From assembly GCF_001194135.2 (NCBI RefSeq), contig NC_068982.1:87713698-87766129 (forward strand): a stretch of DNA of 52,432 nt. The letters are read 5' to 3'. Below the pieces are notes generated by a model that was not told where the DNA came from, searched no databases, and saw only the letters and a list, made by a program, of their open reading frames with translations. The stretch comes from Octopus bimaculoides (taxonomy: Eukaryota). Within the stretch, counting starts at the first letter, position 1. Every line of letters begins with the position of its first letter. Of the stretch, positions 38,598 through 49,389 are shown piece by piece. The translations under genes and the position numbers were made by a program.

Positions 38598-38661
38598 TAA
38601 TAACTGATGAGATGCTGGAGCAGTTTTTCCGCCCTGACATCCGAAACTCGGAGTTTTATTA
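38598..38661 (+). ncRNA. Type I hammerhead ribozyme motif in the right arm of the palindrome
   Basis: TAATAA-CTGATGA-GATG..CATC-C-GAAA-CTC(G)GAG-TT^TTATTA. 6-bp stem I, GUU triplet, one extra C before GAAA. Confidence 0.68.
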
Positions 38662-38696
38662 TGGCAACCGAATAATTGTCACATATTATATTACAG

Positions 38697-38743
<47 letters not shown>

Positions 38744-39562
38744 CATATATATGTATGTATATGTATATATATTCCCGTTCCTTTTTTGTCCACGTTTTTT
38801 TGACGTCCTGTACCCGGATATGTATCTATATATACATATAGATGTAGGTATGTACATATATATATGCATATGCTCACATACCATTTGTATTATTATATAT
38901 ATGTATATACATACATATATATATATATATATACACACACATATAATTTCTAATAGTTATAAGGCCTCACCGAGGCAAACTTTATTACATCCTCCCGCTA
39001 TCGATAAAATATGTACTAGGTACTTGTATTGACTTATTCTTCCTTCTCAAGTATGCTTTTTTGTTATAACTCAACATGAAAATGAAATAGCAAGAGTGTA
39101 AACAGAAACTATGTATAAAGCGAAAACGTCGTTGTGATCGGAGTGGGCGACGAAGGTGAACGGCTTACGCGGATTACGTGACAACGAGCTGGCGGCAAAT
39201 TACTGAGACAGTTTAGGCTGTGATTCTCAAAGTAATCATTGACTTTATTGGAGGATGACCAATTAACCGTGGGTGGTTTTCCTCACCACTATTAGGGCTC
39301 TTTTTTTTTTTTTAATTCACATTTTATTCGTTTCTAACGCTTTTGCTGATCATTACATTTTTTTAAACTACGAAATTGCTTTTGTATTCCTCTTTATTCT
39401 CTCCCCATCGTCGTATCCCTTGTGGATAGTAAAAAAAAAAGAAGAAAAAAAAAAGAAAGAAAAAGTCCTGAGCACTCACAGAAATTAGTAGCATTGAGTT
39501 TGTTAGTAATCATAATTAATTGTAAATAGATAAAGAATTATTACTGTTTGAAACGATATTAC

Positions 39563-39895
39563 CTCAATGAAAAACTGGATATATTTGTCCAAGTTAAATT
39601 TTTCGGAATACATATGCAGATATTTTAAAACATACGAATTGTGCATATAAACAGGGAAGTGTAATGGAGGAGGAAAGTCACTGTATGCCATCATCTCTTT
39701 GCTAGTGTTTATCACAGTCGATTTCATAACAGTCGAACGACCAAGTTCACTTTCTTCTTTATAACACCACAATCCTCCAGAAACATCGTCCCTTTCAAAG
39801 CAGACAGGTTCAAGACCTTCATCCAGACAGCTTTTAATAGCTGTTAGCCCGCTTGCACCAGCACCAATTATTGCAATACATTTTTTTCCTTGCAT
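39563..39895 (-). CDS. FMO5-like: Flavin-containing monooxygenase, coding exon 1 (codons 1-111)
   Basis: MQGKKCIAIIGAGASGLTAIKSCLDEGLEPVCFER: FAD-binding GxGxxG, GGLW and INTSKEM motifs. Ends at FFIE|gtaata donor, phase 0. Confidence 0.95.
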
Positions 39896-40014
39896 CGTGT
39901 CGGTTTGTTGACAGAAAAGTTAAATAATGAAATGAATGGAAAATAACAAATAAAGGGAAGTAACTCGCATCTCCACCGCCTCCAGTGGTGACACATAAAA
40001 TGACTTTTACTATG

Positions 40015-40049
<35 letters not shown>

Positions 40050-40357
40050 GGAGAGAGGTGGGAGAGAGGGAGAGAGAGAGAAAGCCATCCAGTGAATAGA
40101 GATAACTTTTGCTCTCATTCTGTTTTTTTTTAATGTATTATAATTAGACAACAGTAAATTTTATGCACGAGCGAACGTAATATTATAAACGTTAAATAAA
40201 AGAGAGATAAAATAAAAGGTGAGGTAATCATGGCAAGGATGCTTTTGAATTGTGACTTTTCTCAATCAAAGCTGACAAAGGGTTAAACAACGTTGACATT
40301 ATCATCATCATCATTATCACAACTGCAGCCGCCACCATCAGCAACAACAACAACAAA

Positions 40358-40414
<57 letters not shown>

Positions 40415-41659
40415 ATCGCACGATTCAAATCGTGAATTTAACATTTAACATTTATCAAAAAAACCTCTCTCTGCCCCTAGTACAACAAGTTAGTTTCCCG
40501 AAGACGTCGAATTACCGATGTTCCACCTGAACATCGGTAGCGTGGCTAAGGAAGAGAGGAGAGGCTGTCCGTCGTAGGTAACGTTTGAGTGTGGCACTTT
40601 CGGGTGTGTTAAGCTAGTATAGGTGAATGGTTTGGGGGGGGGACTCAAAGGCTGCCCCGGGTGGCTATGCCATTGCCGAAATCATAGACACTGTCCATTT
40701 TCCATTGTCTGCGTAAAAAGTAAAGTTCCTTTCCGAGTCATACCGACTCATAGGGCCGGTTTCTTGGTTTCCATGGCGTCTATATTCTCCACCTGGATGG
40801 GACGTCGGTACGTCGTAGGATTACTCATTCTTGCCAGCTGAGTGGAGCGACGTAAAGTGAAATGTTTCACTCAAGAACACAGCGTGTCGCTCGGTCCAGC
40901 AATCGAAACCACAATCTTACGATTATGAGTCCAACACCCCCTAACCACTAAGCCACGTACATCCACTTTCTATTGTTTAACAAACAAACAAAGATAAAAA
41001 ACGAATTAAAAAACAGAGCGGTATTCATGACTCTTCTTTGTTCTCATTGAGACACAGGAGGAAAGAAAAGGACTTTGATCTCCAAATGGAATTTGATCAG
41101 GATAAATGCTATTAACTTATTACTGTTTAGTCCCAGGTTAGTAGGTCAGTCATAATCGTAGTAGTCTCGAGTTCTAGGTCTCGTGAGGCCGGCTACTCGT
41201 TTTTTACGGTGTAGAAGTAACTGAGATCATAACATTTCTTCTGAACAGGATACCAGTCCATCTCAGGGTGACTCATTTTCAGCCGCAAGGGACTGGCGCA
41301 ACGTGAAATGAGGTGCTTTGTTCCTGAAGACAATGCTCCACCCGGTCCGCAGAATCATGAGTGCAACATCTTAATCACGACGTCATCTACCACCACCTAA
41401 ACATGTAGACAAGTGGTTCTCAAGCAGGGTTCATGCAAGCAAAATAGTAAATTGGCAATTCACATCACTATTTTCATGAGAAAAATTTTGCCCGCATAAA
41501 AAACAGCTGTGTTTCTTTCTCAAACGTTTTACATAGTTTAACATGCTTCTGGTTTTGAAACATGTTCTCTCAGTGAGTGCTATTGCAAATCTACACAAGT
41601 CAATGTGTGAAAAAGAAAATAGGAATTTTAAAAGATGCGTCCATAAAACTAGCTTTTAA

Positions 41660-42102
41660 ATACCGAATGGGATTTTGTTCCATCAGAGATCGCAGGACGT
41701 CCTCGTCGAGCTCTACAGATCATCCAGGACGAGGCTCATCTTCTAGGCTGTAGTTTCCAGCTCGGAATTTCTGGAATCACCGTTGACACTGGTTTACGCC
41801 TATTGTCCGATCCCCATATACTGCATTAGTATTCCTCGTTGCGTTGTTGCCTTTCCGTTGCGTTGTTGCCTTTCCGTTGGGTTGTTGCCTTTCCGTTGCG
41901 TTGTTGCCTTTATTGAATTCTTAAAGCAAAATATGCCGAATATGCTCCTTTGTCACTTCCATTGTAGCTTGAAAAAAATAACTGTTAAAATGGAACTGCA
42001 CTCTTCAAAACTTGCACTAAGAATACGGACAAGGTAAAATTATTACATGCTTTTATAGCAAGTTGATACAATTGAAAAAAACCGAATTATTTACGGGATG
42101 AC

Positions 42103-42106
<4 letters not shown>
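41660..42106 (-). mobile_element. Mariner 5' fragment with HTH remnant
   Basis: TA-ttgggtcatcccgtaaa TIR. ATG at 41962: MEVTKEHIRHILL*EFNKGNNATE..VYGDRTIG..FQKFRAGNYSLEDEPRPG. Confidence 0.85.
41837..41911. repeat. 19-bp tandem repeat x4 inside the mariner ORF
   Basis: (cgttgcgttgttgcctttc)4 with one substitution; unit = KGNNATE codons on the minus strand. Confidence 0.92.
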
Positions 42107-42143
<37 letters not shown>

Positions 42144-42149
42144 ATATAT

Positions 42150-42210
<61 letters not shown>

Positions 42211-42679
42211 CTCATTGGCAAACACTTTCGTCCGATAGCCAGCTCAACCTACTTAGAAGCTATCAATACACAAATAAATCATAGTCTACAATCTTATCTA
42301 ACGACTGTATTGAACAATATAGTTCCCGATTAAAAATAAGACGGTATTGTCACGACTGCAGTTCCTTCCGTTACAGTTATGTTCGACTAAGATTGATCTG
42401 GAAGTACTCAACAACGGCAAAGTTTCCTTCAAGTCAGCGGGTGGGGATCAACCTGCTAGATGTAGCAACCAAATTTCTCCCAATCACACACTACGCTTTT
42501 ATGTTAAGAAAGGGTACACTGGAAAATGTAGTCCTATATGCATAGACAGGCGAGAATAAGCACACGCGCACATACACATAAGGAGTACGCTCTTAAGTAA
42601 TGAATAGCAGAAAACCTTCTAGGAGACGGTATTTGTACAAGCCTAAATAATGATGCATTTTAATGTAAATATAATTATG

Positions 42680-42860
42680 AAGGCGGCGAGCTGGCAGAAG
42701 CGTTAGCACGCCGGGCAAAATGCTTAGTGGCATTTTGTCCGTCTTTACGTTCTGAGTTCATATTCCATCGGGGTCGACTTTGTCTTCATCCTTTCGAGGT
42801 CGATAAAATAAATACCAGTTGAACACTGAGGGCGATGTAATCGACTTACACCCTGCCCTG
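42680..42860 (+). mobile_element. tRNA-derived SINE (aaggcggcgag family), CpG-retaining copy
   Basis: aaggcggcgagctggcagaagcgttagcacgccgggc..gtcgactttg..gtcgataaaataaataccag. Confidence 0.8.
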
Positions 42861-43465
42861 GGTGAAATCAATGTACATATAGTTATGGGATGCATGTTTA
42901 CCCATATATCTGTGTTTACATACACACACACACATGTGTATAGAAATGTATATAAATATCTGTGTGTTCAATTATGAAGCGTATTATTTTTTTCATCTAT
43001 TTCTTCATCAGCGTGTTATATACTCTCAGCATCTTCAAAACCACATTCTTTCTCTGGGATAGAGTGCAGGTGGCTCTCTGAGGAAAGAGATTTGTGAGCG
43101 GTGACCCAAGCTTTTCTCAAAGCGCATCCGATTCTGAGAGAGAGAGAGAGAGAGGAGGTCAATGCTCTGCGCACCTCTTGATCGAGCTCAAAGGATGAAA
43201 GAAAAAAGTCGGTCACATCGGCGGGATTTGAACAAAACCTGAAGAGCAGAGACACTGTTCAAACGATTCTACCAATTAACCGCGCTGATCTGTCTGTCTG
43301 TCTGTCTCTGCATGATTATGTATGTACGTGTTTGTGTGCATATGCATGTGTAAGCATATATATATATATATATATANNNNNNNNNNNNNNNNNNNNNNNN
43401 NNNNNNNNNNNNNNNNNNNNNNNNNNNATATATGTATGTATATATATGTATATATATACATACTG

Positions 43466-45055
43466 CAGTAAGGTGAGGTTGGGCAACGAGTATAGTGAAA
43501 AATTCAGGGTAGAAATAGGGGTTCACCAAGGCTCAGGCCTCAGCCCCTTCTTACTCATCATAGCCTTCCAAGCAATAACAGGGGAATTCAAGATAGGTTG
43601 CGCATGGGAGCACCTCTATGCTGATGACCTTGCACTAATACCAGAACTAAAGGTGTGGAAGCAAGGTCTAGAATTGAAGGGCCTTAGAGTTAACCTAGTA
43701 AAATCCAAAGTCTTAGTAAGTAGGAAGGAGGATAAATCACAAATCCCTTCAGGTAAATGACCTTGCTCGATATGTAGAAAAGGTTTAGGTAGAAACGCCA
43801 TAAAATGTACTCGTTGTAAGCTGTGGACACGTAAGAAGTGCAGCAATATCAAAGGAAGGTTAACTGGGAAGATAGCTTTTGTGCGTAGCAGATGCACAGG
43901 TGCAATAAACACCGAAAATGTACAGAAAACAGATTCCATCACATGTCAGGGAGAAAAACTAGAAGTAGTTGATAACTTCCGTTACTTAGGTGACCAAATC
44001 AGTTGCTGGGGTGGATGCTCTGGGAGCGTAGCTGCTAGAATAAGAATAAGCTGGTAACATTGGGTCTCTCACTTAGTGAAAAGTAGACTGTATATTGCAT
44101 GTGTGCGAACAGCCATGCTACACGACAGGGAAACATGGCCCGTGACTGCTGTAATGTCAGTGTGCATGCACGATAGAGTGTAAGCGCCCTGAGAGAAAAG
44201 TTGGACATAAGAAGCATCAGGTGTGGTGCGCAAGAGAGACAACTGCGCTTGTATGGTAATGTGATGAGGACAGCTGTGTGAAGGAGAGTCACACCCTAAT
44301 TGTGGAGAGAACCTGTAGAGGAGGTAGACCCAGGAAGACATGGGATGAGGTGGTAAAACACGGCCTTGAAACGTTGGGTCTCACAGAGGCAATGACAAAC
44401 GACCGAGACCCTTGGAGATATGCCGTGCTTGAGAAGACCCGACAAGTCAAGTGGAATCATAGTCGTGGCCGATGCCAGTGTTGCACAACTGACCCATTTA
44501 AAAGTACCCGCCAATCGTCGGGCAATATACCGTGCTTGTGGAGACCTGTTGAACCGAGTGAAATCGATGCCGTGGCGGATGCCAGTGCCGGTGTCACGTA
44601 AAAAACACCAGTCGAGCGTGGCTGATGCCAGTGCCGCCTGACTGTCACCCGTGCCTGTGGAATGTAAAAAATACCATTCGAGCGTGGACGATGCTAGTGT
44701 CTTCTGATTAGCCGGTGTCACGTAAAAAGCACCATTCAAACGTCGCCGATGCCTTTGCCGCCTGATTTGCACCCGTACTGGTGGCACGTAAAAAACACCA
44801 TTCGAGCGTGGTCGATACCAGTGCCACCTCACTGACACCTGTGCCAGTGGCACGTAAAAAGCACATACCACACTCTGGGAGTGGTTGGCGTTATGAAGGG
44901 CATCCAGCTGTAGAAACCTTGCCAAATCAGATTGGGGCCTGGTGCAGCCTCCTGGCTTACCAGTTCTCAGTCAAACCATCCAACCCATGCCAGTATGGGA
45001 AGCGACGTTAAACGACGACGACGAAGATGATGATGATGATGATGATAATGATAAT
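43466..45055 (+). mobile_element. RTE-clade LINE, 5'-truncated
   Basis: KVRLGNEYSEKFRVEIGVHQGSGLSPFL..LYADDLAL; GGRPRKTWDEVVK; 3' UTR tandem repeats; (GAC/GAT)n tail. Confidence 0.92.
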
Positions 45056-46259
45056 ACTGACTTCAGCAATGTAACTACACCTGTGCCATTGGTGATTTAT
45101 TTTCTATCTTTGGACTTTTCCCCTTCTTTCCGAGGAAGAGCTATGTTCAAAACGTCAAACTCTCTCCTTTCATCGAGTGTCAAGCTCATGTATTTCTTGT
45201 GCACGTCCTCACGTATGTTTTTTCCGTCTTTTTATTCGTTTATTTGAAATGTTTGTTTATTTGAATTGACTATATGTGTGTATGTACGTAAGTTTGTATG
45301 TATGTATATATACGTATGTTTGTATGCATTTGCATGTCTATGTATATGTGCGAATATATGTATATTTATACACATATGCATCTGTAAGTACAAATATGTC
45401 TGTGTTTATTTACGTGTGTGTATGTGTATATGAATGCGAGTATGCGTATATACATGCAACTATTCTCCAATTGTGCTAAACAGAAGGAAAAAACGCAAAA
45501 TAAAAACAAGAAATATAAAAAATCATTTCCAAGTCAACAGAACATTTATATTTATCTCTATTCAGTATTATTATTTCATAGATTAACAAAATCTGTAAAT
45601 CTCTATGTAAAGACCAGATTAGTACAGCTTAATCTGTGGCTTCTGGCTCATCATTGAAAATAGAAGATTAATAGATAATTACTCCTGGATCAGTTTCATT
45701 AGCTTTCACTTTTTCATTTTGTCCCACCCCACTCCACCCTGCTCGACAAAAAAGACAAAAGACAAGACTCAAATTAAATTGTTAAATAGTCTCACCGAAA
45801 CCAGTTTGGATTGTTTCACTCTCGGACAGTACTTCTCCGAAACGTTCACTCTATCTCTTAAGAGGATTTATCATTACCTTTAGTCTCCACCATTCACATT
45901 CTTTGATTCAGTTTTGTCAATATGAATGACTGCTATCGTTTCATAGGTACGTGTCCAATTTCATACTCTTTATCTTTGCTCACACAAACACAGAACCATG
46001 CACCACCTCTCATACGCGCGCTTACAAAAACAGGCGTTCACACAAACGCTCGCCCAAACAAATGTGTCGCTCAAATATACAAAGATTTTTATTAGAATGT
46101 TACTCAGAGTTTTTCATATCCGATTTTAGATAGAATTATTCTGATAGCTTAATGGTATTGTTCGTAATAACAATTTGCGAAATTTCAACTTCGAATAAAA
46201 TATAATATATAAATTTTAGTAGTGATTATTCTCTTTGCTTCCCTTCTTATTCATACCCT

Positions 46260-47221
46260 CGTATCATACATACATACATGCATACATACATACAAACATA
46301 CATGCATACATATATGTATGCATGCATACACACATACATACATGTATACATACATACATACATACATACATACATACATACATGCATACATATATACATG
46401 CATACATCATGCATGCATAGATCATGCATGCATACATACAAACACACATATATTCATGCATGCATACATACATACATGCATATATATATATATATATATA
46501 TANNNNNNNNNNNNNNNNNNNNNNNNNNNNNNNNNNNNNNNNNNNNNNNNNNNNNNNNNNNNNNNNNNNNNNNNNNNNNNNNNNNNNNNNNNNNNNNNNN
46601 NNNNNNNNNNNNNNNNNNNNNNNNNNNNNNNNNNNNNNNNNNNNNNNNNNNNNNNNNNNNNNNNNNNNNNNNNNNNNNNNNNNNNNNNNNNNNNNNNNNN
46701 NNNNNNNNNNNNNNNNNNNNNNNNNNNNNNNNNNNNNNNNNNNNNNNNNNNNNNNNNNNNNNNNNNNNNNNNNNNNNNNNNNNNNNNNNNNNNNNNNNNN
46801 NNNNNNNNNNNNNNNNNNNNNNNNNNNNNNNNNNNNNNNNNNNNNNNNNNNNNNNNNNNNNNNNNNNNNNNNNNNNNNNNNNNNNNNNNNNNNNNNNNNN
46901 NNNNNNNNNNNNNNNNNNNNNNNNNNNNNNNNNNNNNNNNNNNNNNNNNNNNNNNNNNNNNNNNNNNNNNNNNNNNNNNNNNNNNNNNNNNNNNNNNNNN
47001 NNNNNNNNNNNNNNNNNNNNNNNNNNNNNNNNNNNNNNNNNNNNNNNNNNNNNNNNNNNNNNNNNNNNNNNNNNNNNNNNNNNNNNNNGAGCATGTCTAG
47101 ATATGTAACTATATGCATGAGAATACATACATAAAATACACGAATTTGCGCATACATACATACATACATACATAAAATATACAAATTTGCACATACATAC
47201 ATACATACATACATACATACA

Positions 47222-47255
<34 letters not shown>

Positions 47256-47285
47256 CATACATACATACATACATATATACATATA
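46260..47285. repeat. (ACAT)n/(AT)n microsatellite block around an N gap
   Basis: Long catacata runs; the source of the spurious YVCM/HTYI ORFs. Confidence 0.95.
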
Positions 47286-48082
47286 TAGCTGATTCGAAGA
47301 CTACAGATTCAAGCCATCACTGGAAATATAAAATCTGTAAAATTTTTCAGAAGTTAAGTATTTAAGTATACATGCGCATACCTAAACATGCAACTATATG
47401 CATGAGAATACATACATAAAACAAAACATACATGCAGTGGCTCCCAAACCGCACATATACACAAATGCATGCAAACATGACCTGTTGATGTCGTAGAAAT
47501 TCCAACGAAGGAGCCTTGGATCTAAGTTAGAAACTGACTTTTTCTCTATTGGCAAGAAATCTTGAAATAAAACTGAATAATGACATACATCCGTACATAT
47601 ATACAATCACATAAATCTATCTATTTATCTACCTTTCAATCTATGTGTATGCATAGGTGGAACTGATGTTAGTTGGAGAGTAGGTAAGTTAAAATACCCC
47701 TCTGTTAGCAGAAACAAAGAACCTGGTTAAGACTGCTGCTTTCTTTTGAGGGACTCTTACGCTACCTTTCATTTATATAAGTATGAAGTCGATGCAGAAT
47801 TTTGTCCAAGCATACAAAAACCTTTCTGTATATTTCACATCTTTAAATAAACTATTTTGTTAGAAATATTAATTTGTTAGAAATATTAATTTGTTAGAAA
47901 TATTAAGTTTGTTCAATAAATACTGCAGTTAGAAATGAATACTTGTATGCGTTGATTGTTCAATAGAAATCATCGTATCTCAGGGCATAGAAGACGCACG
48001 GGTGTATTAGACGCACCCCGATTTCAGCAGCTCATATTCAGAAAAAGTTTTTAGTGTATTAAAACATTTAGTGTATTAAAAC

Positions 48083-48116
<34 letters not shown>

Positions 48117-48140
48117 TTTATTATTTTTATTATTATTATT

Positions 48141-48288
48141 CAGGTCACTGCCTGGAAATGAACTCGGAATCTTGGGGTTAGTAGCCCGCGCTCTTAACCA
48201 CTACGCCACATGCCCACGTGCATGTGGCGTAGTGGTTAAGACTGCGGGTTACTAACCCCAAGATTCCGAGTTTAATTCCAGGCAGTGA

Positions 48289-48292
<4 letters not shown>
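48141..48292. repeat. Head-to-head inverted pair of tRNA-like (SINE-head) units, each followed by (AAT)n
   Basis: 73-nt arms, 6-nt spacer ccacgt. Each arm has an A-box-like tggcgtagtgg and a B-box-like gagtt(c/t)a(t/a)ttcc. Confidence 0.9.
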
Positions 48293-48351
<59 letters not shown>

Positions 48352-48940
48352 TAATAATAATAATAACAACAACAACAACAACATGGACGTGCTACACCGG
48401 GCTTCCTATTCAAAAACAAATCTAATCCAATAACATCAAAGGAATTAGATAAAGGAACCCGTGGAAGACTTGAAGGAAGCGATCTTTTAACGAAAATGAT
48501 AAAAAAAAAAAAAACGAAATTTTAGTGCCATACAAAGCACAGTTTCTCCTATGCACGATGTCTCAGTGAAACATGTGCGAAACACATACACGAGGTCAAC
48601 ATCGGAAAGTTTACAAATTATAAAATAGAAATAGAACAAAACAGTAAGTACATAAATTGAGTAATTACGTTTACACTCGAATGTCTACACAATCATTTAT
48701 ACATTTTGATACCCATAGGGCTACACATACATTTCAATGTTTACGCAACTACGTGAAATTTACAGGACACACATTCCCGCATATGAGAACGCGTGTCACA
48801 AACGAAGCAAAAACAAAACATTTTAGTTTTCATTTTTCGAACTAACACAGACAGAGTGAACCATTCATAAGTTTAAAAACACCATTAAAAACTATGCTCG
48901 GAGATAAACCTATCAGCAACAAAAAAATACAGACGAATAC

Positions 48941-49330
48941 AGATCTGTTAGTCTTAAAAAGCTACGATGTTTACACGCAATAGAACTCAGTGACTGTGTT
49001 GTCTCAAAAAATTGACCCTAAACAGACAAATCCGTCCTCTAATGTCAACGTCGAAGCTCGTCATGCCTCATTGATTACAAAGCAAATTACAAGTCAGATT
49101 AGTCGTCGACCGGGTCACAAAGGGCCACGTACTCGATATAGATCTGTTAGCCATAACAAGCTACGTTACGAGCAATGTTTACATGCAGAGAACTCGGAGA
49201 CGGTGTTGTCTCAAAACATTAGACCTAAACTGATAGATCCGTCCCCTAATGTCAACGTCGAAGCTCGTCATGCAAAATACAAACCGGAATGGTTATCGAC
49301 CAGATTACAAAAGGTGACGTACTCGAATGA
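48941..49330 (+). repeat. Two imperfect ~200-bp direct repeats upstream of the R4/Dong ORF
   Basis: gatctgttag, gtgttgtctcaaaa and ctaatgtcaacgtcgaagctcgtcatgc each occur twice. Confidence 0.8.
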
Positions 49331-49389
49331 AGAACCAGATTCGATACGAGAAATCAGCTACTGGTTCAAATCTTCCCGACATACAGGAG

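Larger units (their letters stand above)
38015..38699. repeat. ~685-bp spacerless palindrome carrying mirror hammerhead motifs
   Basis: Axis cgcctat|ataggcg at 38395/38396. Right arm 304 nt; left arm 381 nt including a ~77-nt insertion. Outer ends tatctgtaatataatatgtgacaatt / aattgtcacatattatattacagata. Confidence 0.92.

Noticed and set aside
39896-40250. FMO core promoter/TATA box
   Set aside because: Several AT-rich stretches and a (GA)n tract, but no distinguishing motif; a non-coding first exon further upstream cannot be excluded.
44555-44875. Repeat-spacer appearance suggesting a CRISPR array
   Set aside because: Eukaryotic context, degenerate units without unique constant-length spacers, no cas genes; part of the RTE 3' UTR.
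47495-47550. CCAACGA..GAAAC motif beside the ACAT microsatellite as a variant hammerhead
   Set aside because: Core deviates at two positions and stems do not close; too degenerate to support without a family consensus.
48220-48292. Functional tRNA gene with ACT anticodon
   Set aside because: Acceptor and anticodon stems pair poorly, the B box is altered, and it runs into an (AAT)n tail; better explained as a tRNA-derived SINE head.
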